This document shows, piece by piece, positions 13,701-27,100 of a stretch of 64,000 bases of DNA. Within the stretch, counting starts at the first letter, position 1, and each line of letters begins with the position of its first letter. Under the pieces are notes generated by a model. It had not been told where the DNA came from. It saw only the letters and a list, made by a program, of their open reading frames with translations, and ran no database searches. The DNA is from Phoronis australis (Eukaryota > Animalia > Phoronida), in contig NMRA01000406.1 of NCBI GenBank assembly GCA_002633005.1, forward strand, positions 303,157 through 367,156, given 5' to 3'. A program made the position numbers and the translations under genes.

Positions 13701-16565
13701 GTAAGATAAAGACGAGGTGTCAGCGATGCCCACGTCACTTTTTGTCATCATGCGACAGTAGTGGCAATCTACAGGCTGCACGCCGGGCGTCGTGTATGTA
13801 AAGTTTAACTGTGAGCACATCGGAGATTATTTTAATAATCGTTTCTTAATACTCCAGTTCCAGTGTTGCGGGGTAAGTGACAACGAGAATGGCTATCAAG
13901 ACTGGCGAGAGAATATATACTTCAATTGCACGGGAGATAACAGGAGCGTAGAACGCTGTGGTGTACCGCACTCTTGTTGTAGAATGAAAGCAGTAAGTAG
14001 AAATTAAATAAAACAGTTAATTTCTTACAACTTATACTGGCTCTCGGGTTTGAAAGGGAAACCCAGCACTTAAAGATTCTGTTAATAAACCATAACAATG
14101 TCAACCGTGAATATTCTGCTCTGTTCCTTGCGTAGCTGAAGATAACATCCCGCACCCTCTTCAGTAGGCAGATATTCTTTAAACATGACGTTGTTTTATT
14201 TTAGGGAGAAATGATCAATTTAATGTGCGGTTTTGGAACAACTGATCAGTTGGTAAGTAATTGTTTCTATTATGGTTCTTTTCTTAATTATTGTCAAGTT
14301 GGTGTGTTTGTTCTGAAGGTGCCTATCGGGGATTTTTGAAACCGTTCGTTCGACTGAAGTGACTTTTCGTCCAAAAAGATCCTATAGGTTTTTAGGTGCT
14401 CTTTCGGAAATTTTGTATTGCCGTCTACAGCACCATCATAACATTCAGTCATAGACTCGAATTTGTTGACAAATGATCAATGTGAAATACTCTGTGAGTA
14501 TCAACTGAAGACCAAAAACTGAGGAATATTTACATCTTACCCACATTTCCACAAGTCTCAGATTCGCAAAACGATTCCAAAAGAACCCTCAAGGGAACTT
14601 TTCGAGTCACGTTTCCAGAAGAGCCCACCCAGGGCACTGTACTGTTCGTGAACTTGACAGGCGCAGCCATGAATCAAGTCGTTTTGTCAAGTTTTGCCCG
14701 AATTATTTTGGTTAGATTTTTGTCACTCGATTTTCAAACTTTTCCGTCATCACAAATTCCCGCAATTCCTGTCAAGACGTGTTTCGAGAGGCTCTTGTGT
14801 TTACACCGTGGGTACATTATTTTGTGCGGGGCTGTAACTTAGTCGACGAATGCCGGTAATGCGGCACTGTTTAAGAGGCTAAACATATTTGTGATTTATT
14901 TTTTTCTGTTGTAGAAAGAGACAGTGGAAAATAGAATTTACACACAAGGTTGTTTGAAGGGATTTGGCAACTGGTTGAAGCGGAATGCGCTAATCATAGG
15001 CGTAGTGTCTGCTGGTGTTATTATCCCTCAGGTATATGCTACTTTACCTTTTGGTGTCAGAAATCTTTATTGAGACTAAACGTTTTTGAATAATAACGAA
15101 GTCGTCACATAGCTACCACAACCTGCAGCTGTAGGGTAAGTACAGAGGTGCTTTTGTAAAGTCAAAATCGACCGCTCCAATAAAATTCGCATGTAAAATA
15201 AAGAAACGTTTACTTGTTTCGAAAGCATTATGCCCACTACAAAATAGCACTTTCTGTAAAAAACGTTGAGTGTCTCGGTTTTATTTGTTACGGCGAAATT
15301 ATCCTTAAAATATATTTAACTTCCCCTCGCCCTGCAGGCCCGCAGGAAGTTAAACAATACTTGGGAGAGGGTACAAACTAATTCTGCAACTCCATCATTT
15401 TGCTCCCCTCCAAAAGTTCGCTAGTACTTCCACTCCTGATCGTAGCCATTTTCGCAAACCTTCGCCTTAGCTAAATAGTGCGAAATGCAGCTTTTTAAAA
15501 TGTCAAAAATCGTCTAAGAATCGATTTTCGAAGACACACAATCGTATAAATCAGAAACCAATAAGAACAAAACCGTGATATGTTGTGCCGTCACTTGGCA
15601 ACAGCATAAAAAACTAAAGGGACACACAGCGCTCCTTTTGGATTAACTACAGGTTGTTCATTAGTTGCGGGGCTTTTTTCAAACCCCTAATTTGCTGTAT
15701 AGAACAATCCGGAGAGCATGGGAGACTAGGCATCCCACGGGGCTTGGGAGCCCTATCCCAAGAATTGTTCAAAATTTATTAGTGTTGATTTGAATTCTAG
15801 TTCATTCGTCTGGTAACTTGTTACGGTTACAGAAATCTTTTTTGCGATTCCCAGTAGATGCACTTTAAGTACCTTAATTCGTTATGTACAATGTACATGT
15901 ATACGGTCATCGAAAATCCCCGACAATCTGACCGACAAGGGCGAGTCCAATACAATACGAACAATTCCCTCTTCATCGACGATGCCTTTCTAATAACGAT
16001 CTTTAAAAAATACTGTTCTTGAAAATCTTTGGGGAAAATATCGATCTTCTATGAATTTATAAAGCCAACGGTAATACTGTCGTCTTTGTGTAAATCACAA
16101 AATGTGGTCTCCCAGTTCCTCAAATTCAAAGTCCAATCCTCAGATAACTCTCATAAATGCTAGGCCCTATTGTTTTTTGGTTACAATATCTCACTTTTGC
16201 TGCATTTCGCATATGTAAGGTGGTTTTCTCGGGACTATTTGAAATTTTATCTACTTTACCTCTGGCCTTCCTAAACAGTTAACAGTGCTGTGTCAGGTCG
16301 CCCCTCCAAGAGAGGACTGACCCCATCTGAAAGGGAGCTCCCTAATATGAAAAACTATCCTTAAAAAATGGAAGAAATACACTATTGTTGGATGGCCCCC
16401 AGGGAAATAGAAGTTATTTTGAAACCGATACTTTCACAATTTGGTAAAACATCAATTTACAAGAAAGTGTGCACGCTTTTATTTCAGATTATTGGTATTT
16501 GTCTGACTCGTCTCCTTATCAAACAAATTGACATGCAAATACGCGATTGGTGGAAGTGGCATTGA
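10786..16565 (+). CDS. Tetraspanin, TspanC8 subfamily (TSPAN5/14/17/33-like), 299 aa, 7 coding exons
   Basis: join(10786..10929,12020..12208,13255..13443,13858..13992,14205..14252,14915..15031,16488..16565) = 900 nt; all introns GT-AG and phase 0. Motifs: CVKYLLFSFNFTFW (TM1), FFGCLGALRENICLLK, IVKYRDDLDLRDAIDSIQ, FQCCG, DWRENIYFNC...ERCGVPHSCC, NLMCG, IYTQGC. The large loop carries 8 Cys, typical of TspanC8. Exact vertebrate ortholog cannot be assigned. Confidence 0.95.
12950..13254 (+). repeat. Degenerate ~29-30 bp tandem array ending in the tetraspanin exon-3 splice acceptor
   Basis: Unit approximately CCACGTCCTGTGTGTTTCAGTTTTCTCA, ~10 copies. Confidence 0.85.
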
Positions 16566-18170
16566 CGTCACAAGAGCCTAGACTGCAACCAGGAACTCTG
16601 TTGGTGCCATATGAAGTAAACAAGTCGGAGTGGAGGAAGAAACCAGTATTATAAAGGCAGTTGAACAAAGAGACCCTCTGTCGCTAAGACTATAAACATT
16701 TTAATTTTGATTTTTATGCGAAGCAGCTAAGACAGCAAATAGGGTTCCAAACCCTTATAAGGAAGGCATGGTCTATAAAGCCAATCACAGAACCAAAAAC
16801 TTTTTAAGCATCAGGTCCCGAGGAATCAGGGGATCGAGAGGGGGAAGGGGCTTGTGCCCTGAAATATTTGTTTCCTAATGATTTTTACCCAGCCAGTTCT
16901 GTTATCCAATAATTTTACTTTCCTAAGCTTGGTCAGGCTCAAGCCTTATGTAGATCGTGTTATGTACTTAATGAGTTAAATATTAAAAGCACTTCTTTCT
17001 GTCTGTAAAACACATATATTTATTTACCATTACAAGTACAAGTTTCTGCTAGGACAGAAAGCTGAAAAGCATTTTCTCAATAAATCATGATAATGGAACA
17101 GTGTTATTAGAATTTATGGAATATTTTTTTGCCTGTATAACATATCACAACTGTACAGTGACCAGCTTTTTAAACAAGTGAATTTTAGTTACCCCGTAAA
17201 CCAAAAGGTTGAGCTCAGACAGCAGTGTTCACATAAGCAGCTGCCACCTAGTGACAGAGTGTGACTTCTCACCCATAAAAATAATTTAAGAACGTGATAA
17301 ATACTTAAAACCAGCAAAATGTGCTTCAAAATCAATGATCTAATCACACGTAAATTGTGCTTTTAAACATTGAAACATCATGTAACGTGGAATGCCTTTA
17401 AAACACTACAATAGATAAAGAGAAACATCTAAACTTGATAAAAAATAAAACAGCAAGATAATTAAACAAGATGTGTTAACCAGATTATGGCAAAGTAGGA
17501 TGAGATATCACATGTTGGTTCAACGAGGAACCAACTACAAAATACTGGCAATACAGATGTCTTGAACTAAATAATGCCAAGTTCAAAGAACCACTCCATA
17601 AGTTAAATGCCTTCTCAAAACAGACGCTTCGTTTAGTTCGTAAAAAACTTTAATATCAGCATGGATGAGTAGCTAATTTGTAGTTTCATCACAACAGTTG
17701 AAAACAAAGAAATAAACGGAGAATCTCATATTCTTTGAATTAACTGTTGGCACAAAAAAACAGAATATTTCTCCAAAATCTTGTCAAGCCGACCCGGGCT
17801 GAGTAGCATAAAACTTATAAAAACTTTCCCAGTTGATAAGTCTGATTGTCGTAGAACATTAAATTAAATGTGTTGTTCAACAATGGCACACAATAGTGTA
17901 ATATGATGGTTGATATCAAACATAGAACTTTTATGCAACAAGGCGTTGATAAATAAACTCATCCAAATTTAAGACATACCCTGCTCATGTACAATTAATA
18001 GAAGTATAACTACTCGATATATCAATGTGTGCAAGTATACATATATGCGTGTAAGTATAAATCAGTCATGAACATGATGGCACATCACTTCAGCCACCCT
18101 CCACAACTTCCCTTCATTATATCACAGTTCATCACAGACAGACATCAATCATCCTTGACAAGCTGCCTCG

Positions 18171-21100
18171 TCAAACATTGAAATGACCAGCAGACACCTG
18201 TCGAGTGGTCGCTGTCGACTTTCTGATTCGACCATCTTTCTTTTTCTGTACCATCTTGTGCTGCTCCAGACGATGCTGTTCGCGAATTCTCTTGATATCT
18301 TCTCGTTCTTTCTCCTAAAATTATGAGAGTACTGATACTAACACTAAATGTTGGTGCACCAATAGATGTCGTGACAATCCCACCAACTATCAGTAATGAA
18401 ACTACAACGACTAGTCACTAGCAGGAACCAGTCAACTTCAATCTCGTCTTACTATTGATTCGACATAATAATGATGTCAATAACCTTATAATGAACCAAC
18501 AAGGGCACAGAGCACAGTCAATTCTGTATTTCAGCCAACTACCGGTATGTCAACGTAGCGAGAACGAGGCTATGACAGGCCCAAGTTTTACAATAAAGAA
18601 GGCAGTTCATGAGGTCAGAAGTCATATGTAAATGATGATCTGGCATGGCCTACACCTTGTGTGTTACACAAAGTAATCTATACACTGTAATCACAAGTTT
18701 TTACAGTATTTTTATTGTTACTGTCACGATTACCAAACCATTGGTGAGCAGAAGAGAATGACATTTAATAATCGAGCTCAAAATCGTAAAACCACCTCCG
18801 AAACATCTGTTTCTCCTACCCTAAATCCTCTGCTTTGGGTAGATCGTTGGTTAAAATATAAATTTTTTCACAATTTTTTGTTGGAGCATTGATGTTCGTG
18901 TAGCAAAATATTTGCTTTTACAATAATATTGCAAAAAATAATTCATTTGCAGCATTTCAAATAAAATGTTTTGAGTTGCATTGTTGGAAATGATAATTAC
19001 CAAGACCATAGTCAGTCACGGACTTTTATCCTGCGCCGCAACAAGTTTATTAATCAAAAGAATCCATCTTGCACTGCAGTTTTGAGAGCCTGTGTTTACT
19101 CCGTTCCAAAGTATCAGACAGGCATGTTCATATAATTTGAATGACATTCTTGTAAACATTTTACTTGTAAATACTTATTCTAACCTCTTATACTGTCCTG
19201 TTTAATACTTTTAACCTTTTTTCTTATCAGCACCCCGTGGGAGACCAGCTGTATAACTGAATAGGCTTTATTTTGAATAAGCATTATCAAATGTAACGCT
19301 ATGGCATATGTGCATTGAATTGCTGTGGCATATGTGCATTGAATTGCTATGTCAGACACCATGCCAACATTGTGGAAGGCTAATAATACCCAAACAACTA
19401 AGAAACCACTACAGAGTACAATGCCAATGGTCCGTTCTCCTTACAAGTCCTTCTGCATTCTGCAAAATCTGATGCTTACAAGCATTTTATTATAGGAAAT
19501 AAAAATCAACTCGGCACATTTTTAGGCATAGGCGGTCATGTCTCTTCTCAGCATGTCACGTCTTCTGAGAGAGACAAGAGAAAGTGATCACCACACTTGA
19601 TACTCTCATACTCATGACATTGAGGACAGTACACTTACACTTTGATGCCATCGTACGATGTACGCTCGCCGACCATCTGCCATTGGTTGGGAGTACTTCT
19701 TCTGTTGACTGATTCTCTCCTTCGTTGTCACTGTCTGTTCAACAACCAACACAATATGGGCCCACTGAAAACAAACAAGATCATTATGTTCTTGATACAG
19801 GCAAGTTCGAAGTATTGTAAATAATATGGCTTAACACACAAATTTATGATTATTACATGCTTCTTGATGTCACAGTGTGACACAGCAACTTACATTCAAG
19901 GGTTATAAGATGTTTAATTTTTAGAAAGTTTAAATAAAGACTCACATGTGTCATCCTACCTAAAGTTCATCAACCAAGCACAGTGAACTCAGGACACACT
20001 TTAAGTACAAAGACAAGACTGGTACAAGAACAAGCTCAATACACTGCAACTGCATTGCGGATAACAACTTTTAAACAGGATTGTTGGATTTAAGATGGTA
20101 ATGCATACATTGGCCATAGGAACTCCAGCACACCCCGAACAGCTGAAAGAACAAATAGCTGGCCAGACAGAAGGTTGGAGAGAGAGTACATAGTACGTAC
20201 CTGACACTGTAAGAATTAGAAGTTGGCGAGACAGAAGGCTGGAGAGAATGCATACGTACCTGTCGCTGCCACTCTTTCTGAGTCTCGTTGACCAGTGTGT
20301 ATGTGTTGCCCATCATAGCAATCAACATGTTGATGAGAAGTAGGGTGACCAGAACCATGTAGAGTACAAAGATGGCCTGCAACAGGGATACAATATTGTA
20401 GGGAGGGGAAATAGTAATGTACTGTACTGCTCTACTCTACACTGTGTGGGTCAAGGTCGTTAGATGGCCTCCATTGTTTGTCCTGATGATGATGTATGAG
20501 ACATTGAAACATGTTGAAGTTGAAAAATCTCATTTTTATTAATTTTGTCACTTACTTATCTTCGTTGATGTACTGTACTGAGCTCTGATACACTTGCAGA
20601 GAGGGGGAATAGTGATGTACTGTACTGGGCTGTGATACACTTGTAGAGAGGGGAAACAGTTATGAACTGTGCTGAGTTGTGATACATTAGTGAGACAAAA
20701 CATGAATACCAAACACTGCCCAGAACATTGTCATGCTTGAAAAGGCAACTTGCAATGGAACAAGGATCACGTTGAAAACAATCAATGCTAACCTTGGAAC
20801 ATAAGTACAGAAACAGAATAGCGGACAACTGTAGTTGAGATATTGAGATGAAACACATAATAAAAACTGTCTGGAACATGGACATCTAGGATCAAGAAGA
20901 CAGCTCCAACCACAGAGTGACACTACACAACTGTATTTCAGTGAAACGTATAACAAGTTAATGAATTATCTGCATTATTTCAAATGTTAATCATTGGCAG
21001 TGGTTGGTGGTTTCTATGGGGGTGATTAGAAGTACTGATTGACATTAAAGTGAGAGTATCTCCTGACAAATCAGATGGACTCACCTTCGCTATAGTTGGG

Positions 21101-24100
21101 TGCTTAGTCTTATCAAAGTTGGAGTAGATGTCGCCAAACTCCCCCAGAGACATGTACAGCATACCCATGATGGACTCCATGGGGTGACTGAATAAGTCAT
21201 CATTGACTCCCAAAAATACAATGTACATAGCTGGAAATACAACATTCAAGGGAATCCATGAGGTGATGTGATGGACTTCATAAGGTGACTGAACAAGTAA
21301 ACAACCAAGCGCAAGAACACAAGTACATAGTTAAAAATATATGCAGGTACATGTAAAACATATGAGGGATGTTCAATTTTTAAGATGAATGATACTTTTC
21401 GTCATTTTACCTATTAAAAGCCTTCAATTGAGTAACAAACAGTGCGCAACATTCAATGTTGTGCCTGGTCATTGAAGTTACTTTAACAACTAGCCAGGGG
21501 TCTGTTCCAGGAAAAGTGACTGTGACGACTTAAGACAGAAATTTGGCCTTATGCATCCAATTTACAATTATTGTGGAATAAAGTTTTAGTGAGAAAATTA
21601 TGAGCACATCACAGAAATTATAGAAATTATCTCAGTAACTAGCAGTTATGCATATATTCTCAGATTTAGCATTTTTGCTCCAGTGAGACCTATTTTAAAT
21701 TTCAGAAACAGTTGTGTGGAGCGAAAAACCAAATTTCTGACTTAGTCTCAAATCACTTTCCATGAAACAGTCCCCAGAGGTCAAGAGTTTTTGCACACAA
21801 CCTCCACAGAATAGTCTAAACTATAGAAGACTCATTAACTCTTTCTAATAACTGAGACAAAAATTGTACATCATTTTGAACCATACTATTTGTTAAACAT
21901 GGCAGGTGGAAATTTTGGAAAGACCTAGAAAATTCATTTTTTTGATTTTTCAGTTGTGGTGATTTGGTTCCATTTACATTTATTTATCTTAGGTGTGTAC
22001 TAGGGCTTACCTTGTGAAAATCCACAAAGGAATATGATGTAAATGGTGACAAATCTGAGCAAGTCTCCGATTATCATCTTGTAGATCATGACGACAAATG
22101 GTCCAACAATCTTCACTCCTCTACAGGCAGAATGAACACATCAAGTAGAATTTCAGGCAATGAAGCAAGAGAGTTTATACTGTAGACATTTCAAAAGATT
22201 ATAACTCTGTTCTTAACATTATGTTACCAGCTGGAAAATGCTTCTTATGCAAAGTGGGACAGATGAGGGAACCTAAAGGTAAAACTAGTAAACATATATT
22301 TGTTATTGACCTTCAACAATGGACATTTATTTATCAAAAGATACATTTACTCAAACTTGTAAGTTCAACTGCTAACTCAGCAAATATTTACCACATATCT
22401 TCCTAATATCCCTTAACATGTAATACCTTCATGTGGCAATAGTTGGATACAACATGCCCACATTTTGAGAACCAGTTTAATGCCTGTCATTCATTGAAGA
22501 GAACTGGTTCTCAAAATGCAGGCACCTTACATCCAATTATTACCTATTATGTTCATTGACCACAAACCCTGCCTATTTACCACATGACACCTCCCCAATA
22601 TGCTCATTTACCACATAGTACCTCTATATTTTCTTTCATTCCATACCTTTCCAAAATGTTCATTTACTAACATAACAGCTCTATATGCTCATTTACCACA
22701 TAATACCGTGACATAATACCTCTCTAACATATTTATCTGCAACACAATACTTAGTATGTTCATTTACTGCAGCACAATACCTTCATAATATGATCATTTA
22801 CCACACAACACCTCAAAAATGTGTTCACTACAACTGTTTACATTACACTTCTATGTTCATTTACAGCATAATATCTCTATAATGTTCATTTAGCACATGA
22901 TACCTTCATATGTATATATACCACATAAAACCACCATGTTATACCCTTTTACTGCACAATACCTCTATAATATGTTCAATTATCACATGATACCTCCCTC
23001 ATATGCTCTAAGGATGACATGAGAGAAAGGACTCCCTCTGACAGGGGGACTGGCGTCCTCCAGAATATATTAAGATTTTTGTATCATTTTATACATTCTA
23101 TATGCCTCAACATGGAGTCATCACAATGCGATATTATTAGTCAAGAAGAACAAATTCAACATTATCATCTACCATCATGACCTGTATGAATCATTTCTCT
23201 ATCTATTCATCTCTCTATCTAGTCATCTATCTATCGAGTCATCTCTCTATCTAGTCATCTCTCTATCTAGCCATCTCTCTATCTATTCATCTCTCTATCT
23301 AGTCATCTCTCTATCTATTCATCTCTCTATCTAGTCATCTCTCTATCTAGTCATCTCTCTATCTATTCATCTCTCTATCTAGTCATCTCTCTATCTAGTC
23401 ATCTCTCTATCTATTCATCTCTCAAGTTAAGCTGTTAGTAATATGTACTCTGTATTCTGATTTCTGTATTCAAAAATGTTGTAATTAGAAACAATAATTT
23501 GGCACTTCCACAACAATTACATGCCATACTGGCAAGGTGTTGAAAGACTGTAGAAATTACTGGCAGCAGTATGTGTCAGATATACTTCCCTAAAACAAAG
23601 AGTATGGATACTAAACATACCTGCAGAAGAAGAGGAAGTAGGGTGCTGTCCCAAGGACAGCACAAACAGCGACAATGTCCTCGTACTCTGGGGCACACGC
23701 TGCCCGGCCAGGAACCATGAGAACAACAAAGACACAGGAGTTGAGGAAGAGTAACTTGGCCGGCGCAGATTTCTAGAATAATAGATACATATGAATTGAG
23801 GTGCTTGATCTGATGTACATTGTCTAGTTTTAACTCTACTAGTTTAAATTGGAGGACAACAACAGGAACATACAAAATTTGGGAGTAGGCTTTTAGTCAC
23901 ATGCGTGTTTAAACAGACAAATATTGAAAGTGTTAGTATTCAACAAAGCATGAAGTGATGATCAAAGTTACTAAACGCTTTACACTTACCAGTGTTTCAA
24001 AGAAGATCTTCCCACCCTGATGCAGTATCTCACGGGCAGCTAGTACAAGATAACAGCAGGCTCCAAATAACATCAAGCCTTCTAAGACGAAGCGAGCCTG

Positions 24101-27100
24101 AAACAGTGGACAATCAGAGTAGCAATACAGATGCAAAATGGCTAAAACGAAATGAAATCAATATGGAATCCCAACCATCAACATACTTTGTACAGCATTA
24201 TAGATTCAGATCAGCCAGGTTACAACTGATGTCTCACAATACATTGGGTACTACGTGTCAAATGAATGACAGATGTGTAAAGCAATAGTCAAAGTAGCAC
24301 AATCCTAATAATAACAGACCTACTAACATAGCCCTGGTCCATGTAACTACTAGAAAAAACCTGGTCCATGGTAACCTCTATCAAGTAAAAGACCTACTTA
24401 CATAATCCTGGTTTGAGTTAACCTCCATCAAGTAACAGCGGTCAATGACAGTCTTGTTCTCATGCGTTGTACTTCCGTTGACAGGCTGCTTGGATAAAGA
24501 GGGGGACAGGTCTGTGCCTGGCCTCAGCAGGAATGCAGCAAGAAATATGGCAAAGTAGAGCAAGAAGAAGACGAGACGACGGTAGAATCTGTAATATTAA
24601 CACAGTTCAACTGCAATATTTTTAAAATAGTTGAATAGTAATACTATTAACACAAGTCAACTGTAATATAGTTAACACAGTTCAAATGGATTCCTCTTTA
24701 GAATATTATAAACACATTTGAAATGATTTCCTTTTGAGAATAGTTCGGGGAGCTTATCAGAGAAAATAATCTAACCATTTGATTGTGCAGTCCAGGCTCA
24801 AATCTCAACAATTTTTTAGAAAAACAAGAGTTCGATTTGATAATTTTTCATTTTCCAAAGGCTTCTAACAAAGTTGTGAACGCCTAAAATTTCTCAAAAC
24901 ATTGTCTGATACTAGCTACGGTATAGAACTAGATTATAAAGCATTTGGTTGGTATCTCATAAAAAAGATGAAAAAATAATATTTTACTTGTCTGCCATAT
25001 TGTGTCCTAAATAGGCACCCTTTTTAATAATAAGTTAATACATGAGTGTGTGTTTACTGTACCTGAATCTGACAAAGGTCTTCCACTTTTCCTTCAAGAG
25101 ATCAACAACAACACCATCCACCATGTTAATATGTCCTGGCTGATCCTGTAATAGACAAGTAATATCATCTGTAGTAACCATGACATTGGAATGAGGTGTA
25201 AGTCTTCTCTATCACATTACTATGTATCATTACATGAATAAGTTAAGTTTCCCACTCTGATACTAAATTCCCTTTTCTACAGTTACCATTATGTGAATAA
25301 TTTAGGTTTCCCACTCTACCATACTATGTATCATTATGTGATGTACGTTTCCTTCCCTGCAGCACTATGTATCAGTATGTGAGGTAAGCTTACACCATGA
25401 ATGATCTTGTGCAGAGCTGAGTCCTTGTTGATTTCACCTGTTGCGGATATGGTGTCAATATCCGTCAGGGGGTAACCAGCGCACGTCACATTACCGTAGA
25501 TCCAGTAAACTTCACGTGTTATCTCTAGGATGTGCTCGTACATCTACACACAGACAAAATATGATTAAATCTAGTAATTAAAATCCATTCAAGGACAACA
25601 TACCCTTCAAATCAATTATGCTTTCTAAATATTAACAAGAATTTGTTATACATGATAGGCTTTATCAACCAACTAAAAAAAATAGTGTTAGTTATTATCT
25701 TCAATTGAGAAAACATGATGTTTCAGAGATGAAGCCATTGTTTATAAAACAATTGATGACATAAATTGTCCTAACCCTGGTCTGATCTGTACAAATCAGT
25801 ACACTAAAACTTTTGATTGACCTGTGCACAAAAATAGTAATTAAATTTTACAAAAACTGCAGTCATTGAAAACTGCACTCTTTGTTGAATAAACAAAGCA
25901 GCTATGTTAAAATACACCATTATTCCATTACTCTGTGGCTTAATGCTTGAGTGGAGCAATCACATGCCTCAAGTTTGAGCGCTATCAGACAGAATGTCAC
26001 CCGTGTTTGTGCACTATCAGACAGAATGTCACCTCTTTGTGCACTATCAGACAGAATGTCACCTGTTTGTGCACTATCGGACAGAATGTCATGTGTTTGT
26101 GCACTATCAGACAGAATGTCACAAGTTTGAGTGCTATCAGACAGAAAATTATTATGTTTGAGTGCAAACAAGGATTACGACATATGTTTAGTTGTTATCA
26201 GACAAAATATCATCCGTTTGAGTGCTATCAGACAGAATAACATCTGTTTGAGCGCTAAGAGACGAATTGGCATCTGTTTGAGCACTATCAGAAAGAACAA
26301 CATCTGAGCGCTATCAGACAGAATGACACCTGTTTGAGAGCTAAGAGAATGACATCTGTTTCAGCACTATCAGACAAAATTGTCACTTGTTTGCCAACTT
26401 CAGTTTTTGTTGGTTCTTTAATGACAATGTTGCGCACAGTTCACAACAAATTACAAGAATTGATTTAACTTCGTTAGAAGCAGTTAATAAGTCATTACCG
26501 GCAAACAGAGCTTGTCGCCATCTCCCAAAATTTGTCATTTTACCAAAATAAAAAAATTAACAGCTGGTTGTGCTGTTTTGAAGTCAACAAACTTATTTTG
26601 CTTTAAAAAATAAATGACATTTAATATTCTATGTGTTTCTTCATTATAACATCAAGTTTTAGCATTAGTTTGTTCTGACAGGAAACTTTTCATTTAATTC
26701 TTAACATCATGGAAAACAAATGGGGACCTTTTCATGCAATGCTATTCATTTATTAAGAACTTTGATGTTCACAGAAATAAAGGCTCAATTTTGTGACATA
26801 CTATGTCATATGTACAAGAGGAACTCACAGTAAAGTTGAAATGACAGCAAAATGCAACATTAGTGAGCAAAAACCAACAAATGTGCTGAAAACTTAGGGA
26901 ACAAATTCCGAACAACAGTTGAAACCATATCGGGACTGTTTCATGCAACTGTCCACAGTGGCTTGCAATATCCTTACAACCGTGCTCTCAGGCAAAATGC
27001 ACATACCTCTTGACAATTATTGCGAAGAAAGCACAGTCTATAATAGATTTACTCACATCTTTCCGAGCTAACTTTGCAGCCAATGTGAGAGGGGTCAAGT

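Noticed and set aside
25920-26392. Regular 30-bp repeats as a CRISPR array or repeat protein
   Set aside because: Head-to-tail units without unique spacers, in a eukaryotic intron, no cas genes; it is a minisatellite.
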